Virus record (IMG/VR): IMGVR_UViG_3300031949_000001
Location: 347,305 to 378,912 of that record
Length of the DNA: 31,608 nt
From: a virus
Taxonomy: Duplodnaviria > Heunggongvirae > Uroviricota > Caudoviricetes
Reading direction: 5' to 3' (one strand)
Part shown: one piece after another, positions 9,055-17,048 of the stretch
How the letters are laid out: each line of letters begins with the position of its first letter
Numbering within the stretch: position 1 is the first letter of the stretch
The notes under the pieces: model-generated
The model's input: only the letters and a program-made list of their open reading frames with translations
Database searches by the model: none
Told to the model about the DNA's origin: nothing
Made by a program: the position numbers and the translations under genes

Positions 9055-9083
9055 ATTATACAGATGAACTTTGTTTTAGTCAA
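9055..9083 (-). promoter_or_regulatory. sigma70-type promoter
   Basis: TTGACT-17-TATAAT; spacer contains AACAAAGTTCA. Confidence 0.85.
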
Positions 9084-9391
9084 GTTATAGTATATTCAAT
9101 TTTTTTGATTTTGGTATGTGAAATTGCCTCTCGACAAATTTCACACGGCTTTGCCAGACGAGGCTCGCCACCAGCACCGAACCTAAAAATTATGATTTTA
9201 TGTGCTTTATCAAGTTCCTTACAGCGCACAATAGCATGAACTTCGGCATGAAGAAATATTTTGTGATTGTATCCAACTTTGTTTGCGTAATGAGCCTGCA
9301 AAGGATGAGTCTTAACATAAGAATTACGCCCAATGCTCAGCACGCGACCTTTTTTATCGTAGATGATAGCAGTAATCGCTTGCTGACTCAC
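9080..9391 (-). CDS. zinc-dependent cytidine/deoxycytidylate deaminase-family protein
   Basis: HAE and PCxxC motifs; AGGAG SD. Confidence 0.85.
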   Translation of the reverse strand: MSQQAITAIIYDKKGRVLSIGRNSYVKTHPLQAHYANKVGYNHKIFLHAEVHAIVRCKELDKAHKIIIFRFGAGGEPRLAKPCEICREAISHTKIKKIEYTIT

Positions 9392-9419
9392 TTGAATGTG
9401 CTCCTAAATTAGAGAGCAC

Positions 9420-9448
9420 AGTATACCTATGAACTTTGTTCAAGTCAA
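9420..9448 (-). promoter_or_regulatory. sigma70-type promoter
   Basis: TTGACT-17-TATACT; spacer contains TGAAC-AAA-GTTCA. Confidence 0.85.
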
Positions 9449-9654
9449 TCGACTTGGAGCGTTTTCTCAACTAAATTTAGATCATCCTGATAAGCCAAAT
9501 ATTTCAACCACTTGCCGTTCTTCCAAGAACCTTTTTGTATCTCAGAATTCGGCACAGGAGAGGCGCCAGAAACCCAACCATTTTCGACATGGTTGTGCTC
9601 ATAGCAACCTTTTTCCAACTTTGACCAAATTGTAACTTTCTGGTTTTTATTCAT
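9445..9654 (-). CDS. hypothetical protein
   Basis: 69-aa ORF in the operon. Confidence 0.6.
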   Translation of the reverse strand: MNKNQKVTIWSKLEKGCYEHNHVENGWVSGASPVPNSEIQKGSWKNGKWLKYLAYQDDLNLVEKTLQVD

Positions 9655-9666
9655 GATTGTTCTTCT

Positions 9667-9795
9667 TTATGCCTTCTTTACTTTTTCATGAGACCATTTC
9701 CACTTATGATTACCATAACCTTTTACCCAGCAGCCGCCTCTGCCCTTTGCTTCTGCTTTGGACAATCCACAAAACTTGCATCTATTATTTTTCAT
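9667..9795 (-). CDS. small basic Cys/His protein (42 aa)
   Basis: MKNNRCKFCGLSKAEAKGRGGCWVKGYGNHKWKWSHEKVKKA fills the operon gap. Confidence 0.55.
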   Translation of the reverse strand: MKNNRCKFCGLSKAEAKGRGGCWVKGYGNHKWKWSHEKVKKA

Positions 9796-9796
9796 T

Positions 9797-10003
9797 TCAA
9801 TGTCCATATGCAGCAATGAGCGCAGCACGACAATCTTTACAAGTCACAGTGAGGGGTGATACTGGAATTTTTGTATCCCATGCCATCTTTTTACCACACA
9901 AGGATAATGTATCCGCTCCACCACCCAAAAACAAGCCGCGCTCGGATAGTTCACGAACGTGTGTAACGATAGCAGCAGTTGATTCACAAATACTATAAGT
10001 CAT
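9797..10003 (-). CDS. small putative zinc-binding protein
   Basis: H...LCG...VTCKDC pattern; AGGAAG SD. Confidence 0.65.
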   Translation of the reverse strand: MTYSICESTAAIVTHVRELSERGLFLGGGADTLSLCGKKMAWDTKIPVSPLTVTCKDCRAALIAAYGH

Positions 10004-10019
10004 GATATCTTCCTAAGTT

Positions 10020-10277
10020 TTAAAATCCAAATTCGCGCCAGCCGAGTTTAGCATTCCACTGTTTGTAAATCGTGTCAACAACCAAAGCTTTATCGTCCGT
10101 GTATCGACCATTGAGGCAGTCTTCGATTGACAAATCTACGTCATACAGTGCTTTACGCTGTATTTCGATCAACAGGTGAGCCTTGATAGCGGCGATTAGG
10201 TAAATTTCATCTGAATAGCCACAACAAGCCTCTTCCCAAGATTTTTTCGTCCAGCGGTTGTCAATGATATTCATCAA
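10020..10277 (-). CDS. hypothetical protein
   Basis: GAGGAG SD; overlaps the helicase stop. Confidence 0.7.
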   Translation of the reverse strand: MMNIIDNRWTKKSWEEACCGYSDEIYLIAAIKAHLLIEIQRKALYDVDLSIEDCLNGRYTDDKALVVDTIYKQWNAKLGWREFGF

Positions 10278-11464
10278 ACTGCTCCTCTACGGCGCATGAA
10301 AGAACTGCGTTGCTCAGAACGATTTTGTTCGTCAATGGTGTTTTCGGTTGGATTCCATTCGTTTTGGTAATCAAAATTCTCACCAACCCAATGACCATTG
10401 ACACGGTAAAACAATTTATGAACCTTCGGCTCACCCACAACCACGGTCGTATCGAGGTTGCGACCAGACAGCGGATTGATAAGCTCGTACACTCGGCACG
10501 GGCTATCAGGACGGGCGCCCCTCCCAATTACCTGATTCAACATAGGATAAGAGCCAAACGTGCGCCCCAAGACCAAATCGGAGCAACCAATCACGTCAAC
10601 CCCTTCACTGATTCTGTTACAGTTCACAATAAATTGAACTTCACCACCACTGAAACGGTCGAGCAGCGCATCCAATTCACGGTCACTTTGCTTAATAACG
10701 CAAGCGGCAATCTTTCCGAGACTACGCAAGTATTCGGTAATGATAAACGCTTCCTTTTTTGTGCTCACAAACACCATCGTTTGTTGCATCTGTTCAACGT
10801 GAGCGGCAAAAATGTCTTTCAAAACGTCAACTTTATCACGTTCCGGTGCATCCACGTAAGAATAAAGTTCGGTTTCCGCAAGGTAGCCTTCCGCAACAGC
10901 CTGTTCGCGAGAAATCGGCTCTACGATGCGAGAGAATTTAATTAAAAGCCCATCGGCTCTTTCGTTTGTTGCGGTTAATCCGATGATCGGATGTATCGTG
11001 AGCTTATCTAGTTGATATTGAATGGTTAAGCAAGACTCATGGTGCGCCTCATCAAGAACGGCGACATGCCATCCTTGACGTACCATTTCATCCGAAATTG
11101 GAGTAAAAACAGATTGAAGAATGAGTTCAATATTATCCGCCTTGGCATATTCTCGTTCTGCCTGAGTGAGCAAACGATGCTTGTGCGCGCAGAATAAAAT
11201 TCGAAGTTTTTCACCTTCCTGAAGTCCAAGATGTTTTCGAAGTTTTGAACAAGAGAAAATAAGACCTGATGTAAATGTTTTCCCGGCACCAGTAGGCTGC
11301 TTTACTAATATACGCATTTCGCCATTAATGATAGCATCAACCGTTTCATTTTTTGCGGCAATTTGATACCAACGAGCTTGCCGTTCTCCGAACATCTCTT
11401 CATCAGAAATAGATTCCTGAGACATTTCTTCATTTTCGATTGTTTGTGTTTCCTGGGAAATCAT
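10274..11464 (-). CDS. superfamily 2 DEAH-box helicase (UvsW/ResIII-like)
   Basis: Motifs QPTGAGKT (I), DEAH (II), TAT (III), SEGVD (V) and QVIGRGAR (VI). Confidence 0.92.
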   Translation of the reverse strand: MISQETQTIENEEMSQESISDEEMFGERQARWYQIAAKNETVDAIINGEMRILVKQPTGAGKTFTSGLIFSCSKLRKHLGLQEGEKLRILFCAHKHRLLTQAEREYAKADNIELILQSVFTPISDEMVRQGWHVAVLDEAHHESCLTIQYQLDKLTIHPIIGLTATNERADGLLIKFSRIVEPISREQAVAEGYLAETELYSYVDAPERDKVDVLKDIFAAHVEQMQQTMVFVSTKKEAFIITEYLRSLGKIAACVIKQSDRELDALLDRFSGGEVQFIVNCNRISEGVDVIGCSDLVLGRTFGSYPMLNQVIGRGARPDSPCRVYELINPLSGRNLDTTVVVGEPKVHKLFYRVNGHWVGENFDYQNEWNPTENTIDEQNRSEQRSSFMRRRGAV

Positions 11465-11491
11465 TTTTGTATCTCCATTTGATGAGACTGA

Positions 11492-11539
11492 ATTATACCT
11501 TGATTTGGGCTTGAAGTAAAGTGGTGCTGATGGTATTCT
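11492..11539. promoter_or_regulatory. overlapping divergent sigma70 promoters
   Basis: Minus strand TTTACT-17-TATAAT (11492-11520); plus strand TTGAAG-17-TATTCT (11511-11539). Confidence 0.6.
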
Positions 11540-11564
11540 AATAGATACTTGAAAGGAGATTTCT

Positions 11565-12518
11565 ATGCATGGTAATCATTATACACAAGAACAGTATATT
11601 TTGGAGGCTCGTCAAATCCATGGAAATAGATATGATTATTCATTATTAATTTATGAAAATAGCCGAACAAAAGTAAAAATAATTTGTCATCAACATGGAA
11701 TCTTCGAACAGCAGGCGGCTTCACATCTTTTTGGGTGCGGATGTCCTAACTGTGGGATTTTAAAAATTACCGAAAAGAACCGTTCGAAATACAAAGCAAA
11801 TGATTTTATTAAAAAAGCACAAGACTTTCATGGAGATAGATATAATTATGATAAAGTGATATATGTTAACGCAAAGATACCAGTCGAAATAATCTGTTCT
11901 GTTCATGGTTCATTTTTTCAAACTCCAGACACACATTTAAGAAAATGTAAAAAAGGTGGAGGATGTCAAAAATGCATGAATACAGCAAGAATAGTTTATA
12001 AAACAAAAACTCTTGACGATTTCATTTTAGATTCTAGAAAGGTTCATGGATTAAAATATGACTATTCACAGGCAAAGTATATTAATACTCACAAAAAAGT
12101 TAAAATAATTTGTAAACGCCATGGGATATTTGAAATGAGACCACACGATCATATAGACGCCGCAGCAGGATGTCCAGCATGTAAAAAGAAGCATTCTAAA
12201 GATGCTATACGATGGTTTAAATCTATTATGAACCAAGAGAATATTAAAATCCAACACGCTGAAAATGGAGGGGAATATCGAATACCAACCACTCGATTAC
12301 TAGTAGACGGCTTCTGTCATGAAAGTAATACTGTTTATGAATTCTACGGTTCTCGATATCACGGCGATCCACGACGATTTAAACCCGAAGAATTTTGTCA
12401 TCCTTATCAAAAGAACAAGACCGCAAAAGAATTATATGAAAACACCATTCAAAGAGAACGAACAATTATGTCTCTAGGCTATCATCTCATAACCAAATGG
12501 GAACCTCTCCATGATTAA
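11565..12518 (+). CDS. free-standing homing-type endonuclease, 3x DUF723-like Zn repeats plus PD-(D/E)xK/Vsr-like domain
   Basis: Three HGxxYxY...IICxxHGxF...H...GCxxC repeats; C-terminal VDGF...VYEFYGSRYHG; AT-rich and opposite in strand to its neighbours. Confidence 0.85.
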   Translation: MHGNHYTQEQYILEARQIHGNRYDYSLLIYENSRTKVKIICHQHGIFEQQAASHLFGCGCPNCGILKITEKNRSKYKANDFIKKAQDFHGDRYNYDKVIYVNAKIPVEIICSVHGSFFQTPDTHLRKCKKGGGCQKCMNTARIVYKTKTLDDFILDSRKVHGLKYDYSQAKYINTHKKVKIICKRHGIFEMRPHDHIDAAAGCPACKKKHSKDAIRWFKSIMNQENIKIQHAENGGEYRIPTTRLLVDGFCHESNTVYEFYGSRYHGDPRRFKPEEFCHPYQKNKTAKELYENTIQRERTIMSLGYHLITKWEPLHD

Positions 12519-12527
12519 TTTAAAGTC

Positions 12528-12950
12528 TTACTGATATACTTCCTGGAATCCAATAGTGTCAACAAACAGAATTTCCACCCCAATCGGGTTTTCGTCGCTT
12601 TCACCAACTTCAATCATCATTACGTCACCAACCGAAGTCGAACGACAGTCAGTCACGGTAGACCACTTAACCTCGGGATTTTCTTTCCAATTGTGGTCGA
12701 TATGATTGGTCGCTTCAAAAGCACCTTCAGCCGCGAGCATCATGTCATCGGTAGCAATCTCCACTTCGGCGACTTTAAAATACGAAAACATACTCCTCGG
12801 ACCAAAACCACGAGTACCGTTGATCCAGCAATCACGAATGGTTATATTATCGGCTGAATGCGTGATTTTATGATAGATTTCAAGCGCTTCCTGGTTCGAA
12901 TTAAGTTCATCCCAATCGCTTACATCCAGGTGAAAAACGTGAACTTTCAT
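12528..12950 (-). CDS. hypothetical protein with YodL-like motif
   Basis: AFEATN...RSTSVGDV motif; ATG 12950 follows the upstream stop. Confidence 0.6.
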   Translation of the reverse strand: MKVHVFHLDVSDWDELNSNQEALEIYHKITHSADNITIRDCWINGTRGFGPRSMFSYFKVAEVEIATDDMMLAAEGAFEATNHIDHNWKENPEVKWSTVTDCRSTSVGDVMMIEVGESDENPIGVEILFVDTIGFQEVYQ

Positions 12951-12951
12951 G

Positions 12952-13191
12952 TTAGTATGCCCAAGTTGACGACGGTCGGATATCTCCATCTGAGCCTTCC
13001 TCGGGATGGGTAAACTGTACGGCACGCTCCCTACCTTTTTCAACAGGCGTGAAAGAATCTCCCATATAGCCTATTTTGATGCGACCATTGATGATTTCAA
13101 AATCTTCAACGATAGCTCCATTGATTATAAGTACGGCACCACGAGGCGCAGTCTTTAGAATCAGTTCAGCAATTTCATGTGCGGTTTTCAT
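12952..13191 (-). CDS. hypothetical protein
   Basis: AAGGA SD; ATGA overlap. Confidence 0.7.
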   Translation of the reverse strand: MKTAHEIAELILKTAPRGAVLIINGAIVEDFEIINGRIKIGYMGDSFTPVEKGRERAVQFTHPEEGSDGDIRPSSTWAY

Positions 13192-13325
13192 ATCAGTTTC
13201 CTTGCCTTCGCGAAATCATAAAAATCAAGATAAATCCGATTCGCCTCTTTGAATGCCAGAAGGAATGGATCACCCGAAATGTTCAATAGTTTGGCTAAAG
13301 CGTCGTAATCTGCTGCGTAACTCAT
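13188..13325 (-). CDS. hypothetical protein (45 aa)
   Basis: AGGAG SD before ATG 13325; promoter at 13351-13379. Confidence 0.65.
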   Translation of the reverse strand: MSYAADYDALAKLLNISGDPFLLAFKEANRIYLDFYDFAKARKLI

Positions 13326-13350
13326 TTGAATCGCTCCTATTGATGGAGCT

Positions 13351-13379
13351 ATTATCCTCCAAACTTTGTTCAGAGTCAA
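13351..13379 (-). promoter_or_regulatory. sigma70-type promoter
   Basis: TTGACT-17-GATAAT; spacer contains GAACAAAGTT. Confidence 0.7.
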
Positions 13380-13448
13380 GAGGAGATTTCGGTAATATAA
13401 TGAATCGATACCTCTTCACTCGGGGCGTCCGCCTTCGATCTGAGTAGT

Positions 13449-13477
13449 ATTATACATGAAGTTTGTTTGTTGGTCAA
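13449..13477 (-). promoter_or_regulatory. sigma70-type promoter
   Basis: TTGACC-17-TATAAT; spacer contains AACAAACTTCA. Confidence 0.8.
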
Positions 13478-13478
13478 G

Positions 13479-13663
13479 TGGCGCGCTGCAAAGGATTTTC
13501 GCCTCTAATGATACACAAGCCTCTCATCCGTTCGGATTCCTGAACTGTACCTAATTAACTAGATTAGGATTTTCGCTTATCCGGTAGTCATCCGGTATCA
13601 GCTACCGCCCTTATTCTCCGTATGGTTTGCTTGCACCAGTTTTAAAAGTTAAACTAGCAGCGC
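13479..13663 (-). ncRNA. tRNA-like RNA with a large structured domain replacing the anticodon loop
   Basis: Perfect 7-bp acceptor GCGCTGC/GCAGCGC plus G-CCA; U8A9; D stem GTTT/AAAC; T arm AGAGG-CGAAAAT-CCTTT. Confidence 0.8.
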
Positions 13664-13688
13664 AGGGTGGATATTACGCGTAGATTGC

Positions 13689-13889
13689 TTACTTGTCAAT
13701 AGCCTCCAGCCAATATTCAAACCCACCAACACCAAAACCGGATTGTGATACCCGAAAACCTTGAACGTTGGCAACTTGAAAAGCAATCTTTTGTTTTTCC
13801 AGCATGTGTGCCAAAGATAATATTGCTTTAGAATCACCAACGAGAGTTTGGTTGCCAGTACGCCAATCGGTGTAAGAAATCGAATACAT
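13689..13889 (-). CDS. hypothetical protein
   Basis: GGAG SD before ATG 13889. Confidence 0.7.
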   Translation of the reverse strand: MYSISYTDWRTGNQTLVGDSKAILSLAHMLEKQKIAFQVANVQGFRVSQSGFGVGGFEYWLEAIDK

Positions 13890-13936
13890 TTTAATCTCCG
13901 AAAAGAACAACTTTCTGTGAATTACTCAATTTATTG

Positions 13937-13965
13937 ATTTTACACGAAATTAGTTTGAAAGTCAA
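13937..13965 (-). promoter_or_regulatory. sigma70-type promoter
   Basis: TTGACT-17-TAAAAT. Confidence 0.75.
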
Positions 13966-14402
13966 GCGACCAAGACCTCGATAGTACCAGCTTCGAATTT
14001 GTACGAAACTCTGAGAACAGTCATATCCACGTCAGGAAGAAGACTAAGATAAACAAACTCTCCCACACGAGGAATTGGATTATTGGAATTATGCCAATAT
14101 TGTGCCATGACGGTTTGAGTGCCGGCTTGGATAATCTGCACGCACAGACAAGTCTTTCGATCCAATTTTAGCGGTACACTCATTTTTTCAGCATCTTCAA
14201 AAGTTGATGGAGCATCGATCTCGGCGTCATCAAGATACAAATCACCCGATTCCAACATCGATATCGCTTCAGACAAATAGCAATCCTGTTCGTCTTGGGG
14301 TAGATCGTCCCAAATGAAACGCGAAGGGTAGAGTCCTACCCTTCGGTCCCATTCAAAGTTCTTATGCGCGTTCAAGAGCGCCTGTTCGTTTAATGTACTC
14401 AT
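13962..14402 (-). CDS. hypothetical protein
   Basis: 146-aa coupled ORF. Confidence 0.75.
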   Translation of the reverse strand: MSTLNEQALLNAHKNFEWDRRVGLYPSRFIWDDLPQDEQDCYLSEAISMLESGDLYLDDAEIDAPSTFEDAEKMSVPLKLDRKTCLCVQIIQAGTQTVMAQYWHNSNNPIPRVGEFVYLSLLPDVDMTVLRVSYKFEAGTIEVLVA

Positions 14403-14644
14403 TCTCCTGGGTCTCCTCGATACGGATTCTTTACCATAACGTCTAGGTTACCGTAAACATTTGCGTCAATCACGTGCAACTCGACCATTGCCAGAACAAC
14501 GTCTAGCTCATGCTGACGCTCTTCGGCAGTGTATGCACGCTTACCGTAATGGTCGAATAAAAGAGTGTTGACTGCCTCGACAACAGCGTTAGTAGCGTCG
14601 TCAATAGTGTCATTAAATTGCGCATCCGACATTGTGATATTCAT
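14399..14644 (-). CDS. hypothetical protein
   Basis: 81-aa coupled ORF. Confidence 0.7.
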   Translation of the reverse strand: MNITMSDAQFNDTIDDATNAVVEAVNTLLFDHYGKRAYTAEERQHELDVVLAMVELHVIDANVYGNLDVMVKNPYRGDPGE

Positions 14645-14645
14645 T

Positions 14646-15146
14646 TTACTGCTTCCATTTGTTTTGAACTAAAGATGCGTATACTACAGCACTTGCGCGT
14701 TTCATATCAAGTTTTTCGGTAAAAAGCTTAATCAAGGCAGGATTATCCGCCTTTGGATTGTCTTTGTAAATCTGAATCGCTCGTTCTTTCAAAGAAACTT
14801 TGTTGCCATCTTCGTCCATCGAAGGAGGGATGCTTTTCGGGATACCTAGCATCACCATCATTTGATCTGTTTTGCCTCGGGCGATTCTAACACATTGGTC
14901 AAAATCTACAGTGTTGCCATCTACAATATAAGAGGCAACCGCCGACAAGAAGTAGCGAACAAGTAACTCACCTTCTTTACGAGTATCGAAATCAACATTC
15001 AATCCAAGTTCATGAAAGAACATCGCAAAATCGTAGACGCCATACTTGGCTTCATTTTTTAAATAATCTGAACTGGTATAGGCAGCAAGTTTTGACGAGA
15101 TATCAATCCCGTACTGGTCTAGGAGGTCGATTGGTTGTGAATTCAT
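14646..15146 (-). CDS. hypothetical protein with putative C-terminal helical DNA-binding domain
   Basis: KERAIQIY...IKLFTEKLDMKRASAVVY resembles 1346-1648. Confidence 0.7.
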   Translation of the reverse strand: MNSQPIDLLDQYGIDISSKLAAYTSSDYLKNEAKYGVYDFAMFFHELGLNVDFDTRKEGELLVRYFLSAVASYIVDGNTVDFDQCVRIARGKTDQMMVMLGIPKSIPPSMDEDGNKVSLKERAIQIYKDNPKADNPALIKLFTEKLDMKRASAVVYASLVQNKWKQ

Positions 15147-15258
15147 TAGCGGTTTCGCTCGTTAAGGTTACAATTAGGAAACCGACAACACCAATTAGTA
15201 CCATGATGCGACCAATCGCACCGATAAAGAAGAAAAGTGGTGTGCTAAATAGTTTCAT
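15103..15258 (-). CDS. small membrane protein (51 aa)
   Basis: MKLFSTPLFFFIGAIGRIMVLIGVVGFLIVTL...; ATG lies 6 nt after a -10 box. Confidence 0.55.
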   Translation of the reverse strand: MKLFSTPLFFFIGAIGRIMVLIGVVGFLIVTLTSETANEFTTNRPPRPVRD

Positions 15259-15264
15259 ATCGTC

Positions 15265-15346
15265 ATAATACCGGATTTAAAAGGTGCTGTCAACTTCGTC
15301 TATATGCCGAATTATCCTTGATTTTGCTCGTAACTAAGCGTATAAT
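15265..15346. promoter_or_regulatory. divergent sigma70 promoters
   Basis: Minus strand TTGACA-17-TATTAT (15265-15293); plus strand TTGATT-17-TATAAT (15318-15346). Confidence 0.7.
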
Positions 15347-15356
15347 AGAAATTATT

Positions 15357-15824
15357 ATGGAAATAAAATTCTTTTTCGATCTGGAAGAAACGCTAATCAC
15401 CGATTGGCACGACCCTCTGTTGTGTAATGTTCAGAAGGTCAAGAAGTGGATAGCCGACAATGGCGTGAAGCAAGCGGGCATCTTCTCTTGGGCTGTTTGG
15501 AATCAAGCCGACGTTGACGTATTCAACAAAACCTTGAAGACATGGCTTGAAGGCGTCTTTGAAATCGAATTCATTGAAGTTATTACAAAGAACGATGCTG
15601 TTAGGGCAGTCTGCTTCACTAAGAGTCTTCGGTGTGTTGACATGACTGATGTTATAGATATTGCTAGCATCTTCGGTAAGCATGGCATCTTTACCGAATG
15701 GTGTCTTGCTACCAAAAGAGATTGTATCTGCGTCCTTTTGGATGATGTGGTTCCTGATCGCATCATAACAGATAAAGTAACTGGTGTCACTGTCAAGCTA
15801 GTAAACGTCGATAGACTAAGTTGA
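15357..15824 (+). CDS. HAD-superfamily-like hydrolase/phosphatase
   Basis: FFFDLEETL (DxDxT variant), IFS motif II and LLDD motif IV. Confidence 0.6.
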   Translation: MEIKFFFDLEETLITDWHDPLLCNVQKVKKWIADNGVKQAGIFSWAVWNQADVDVFNKTLKTWLEGVFEIEFIEVITKNDAVRAVCFTKSLRCVDMTDVIDIASIFGKHGIFTEWCLATKRDCICVLLDDVVPDRIITDKVTGVTVKLVNVDRLS

Positions 15825-15849
15825 CAACCGAACAATGTTGCTATATACT
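15821..15849 (+). promoter_or_regulatory. sigma70-type promoter for ncRNA
   Basis: TTGACA-17-TATACT; spacer contains GAACAATGTT. Confidence 0.85.
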
Positions 15850-15870
15850 ATGTTGCATAGTCTGTATCGG

Positions 15871-16022
15871 GGAGCGCTAGCTTAAGTGTTGAACTGATAC
15901 CATCACCCTCTGATGAATCACGTGAGAACATTGGTGGTGGGTAGTAGCATATTCAACCGTAAAGCACCGGCAACCCGGTTATGCTGGCGGATTAGCTACC
16001 GGGAATCCAGCACGCTTCGCCA
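15871..16022 (+). ncRNA. tRNA-like RNA with D-loop and T-loop insertions and a 4-nt anticodon loop
   Basis: Acceptor GGAGCG/CGCTTC plus G-CCA; TAGCTTAA start; D stem GCTT/AAGC; ACCGG-CAAC-CCGGT; T stem GCTGG/CCAGC. Confidence 0.8.
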
Positions 16023-16061
16023 ATACAGATTGTACGTTTAATTTTTATAAGGAATTTTTAA

Positions 16062-16391
16062 GTGAGCGAACCTATCTCTGGTATCGAAAAATATCATGCA
16101 TGGCTCAATACTCTTGAGCCGCGCATCTCTGAAATCCTGGTCGCACTGGACGATGAATATTGTACCGGGCGCATCGGAAGCAACCAACGCTTCGTTGGTG
16201 ACCTAGAATTTCGTCTTTTGGCTGTCGCCAAAGATGGAAAAGACTTCATAGAAATAATGAAGATCGTCCAACCTGACCGTGATGCTTTTGAAGCAGAAGA
16301 GCACGCAAGGGTCATTTGGAATGTTGCTATCAACTATAGTAACATGAAAAACCGCGAGTTACTAACCATGATTACAACAAGGAGCAAGTGA
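16062..16391 (+). CDS. hypothetical protein
   Basis: TAAGGA SD; GTG start. Confidence 0.75.
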   Translation: MSEPISGIEKYHAWLNTLEPRISEILVALDDEYCTGRIGSNQRFVGDLEFRLLAVAKDGKDFIEIMKIVQPDRDAFEAEEHARVIWNVAINYSNMKNRELLTMITTRSK

Positions 16392-16397
16392 TTTATC

Positions 16398-16715
16398 ATG
16401 TCATACAAAGACACGAAGATTTTCAGGAAAGATTTTGGTGATGGTGGACGGGAAGCACGGCTGGAACTCCAGAGAATTGCCGACCGTAAAGAACGAAGGT
16501 TTAACCGTGGGGACACTGTTGACACAACTGTTGATTCTCCGACGAACGTTGACACAGATGTAATGGAATGCAAAGGCTGTGGCTACATTGGCTATAAGGA
16601 TGAAGATTTTCTTCCTGCATCTGTGATGGGTGACGATGGTCACTACGATACAGGACATGAGTGCCCGGTGTGCAACAGCAATAATTGCGTTCCATATATT
16701 GAAGAGGATTTTTAA
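16398..16715 (+). CDS. zinc-ribbon protein
   Basis: CKGC...CPVC; AAGGAG SD. Confidence 0.7.
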   Translation: MSYKDTKIFRKDFGDGGREARLELQRIADRKERRFNRGDTVDTTVDSPTNVDTDVMECKGCGYIGYKDEDFLPASVMGDDGHYDTGHECPVCNSNNCVPYIEEDF

Positions 16716-16716
16716 C

Positions 16717-16884
16717 ATGGGTAGGCTAGTCCCGTTACCGCCTTGGGCTACCAAGGAACAAATTGAAGAACGAATACGTTACTATCGTAATCTCAGTTAT
16801 ATCATACTCGGCAGCGTAATTGGTAGTTGTATTTTCTTAATTACCGTTGCTATCATGGTGTTCAAACCATTGATTTTCCACTGA
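16717..16884 (+). CDS. small membrane protein
   Basis: GAGGA SD; C-terminal transmembrane segment. Confidence 0.65.
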   Translation: MGRLVPLPPWATKEQIEERIRYYRNLSYIILGSVIGSCIFLITVAIMVFKPLIFH

Positions 16885-16984
16885 TCTATTTTAGCAGAAT
16901 CGGGGAACTTTCGCAAGTTAAAGTTGGTCAAACCAATGTCGGTGGGAATTTATAAACCCTCATAATATTTATAATATACACACC

Positions 16985-17013
16985 TTGACAGTCAGTGATT
17001 TTTTTGGCATAAT
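16985..17013 (+). promoter_or_regulatory. sigma70-type promoter
   Basis: TTGACA-17-CATAAT. Confidence 0.75.
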
Positions 17014-17048
17014 AGGGCTTGTTCAACTTCAATTCGAGATTAAAGCTC

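Noticed and set aside
13560-13640. c-di-GMP-I riboswitch (GCAAACC...)
   Set aside because: Lacks the GAAA tetraloop and GACGCAAAGC core; better explained as part of the tRNA-like RNA.
13479-13663. tmRNA or intron-containing tRNA
   Set aside because: No G3-U70 pair or evident tag ORF; the insert is too small for a group I intron, and no canonical anticodon loop can be reconstituted by eye.
15905-15935. Hammerhead ribozyme (CTGATGA)
   Set aside because: Followed by GAAC, not GAAA, and has no stem III or NUH cleavage site.
16885-16975. Minus-strand TATAAATA followed by a short ORF
   Set aside because: The ORF is only 11 codons and the structure is weak; not supportable.
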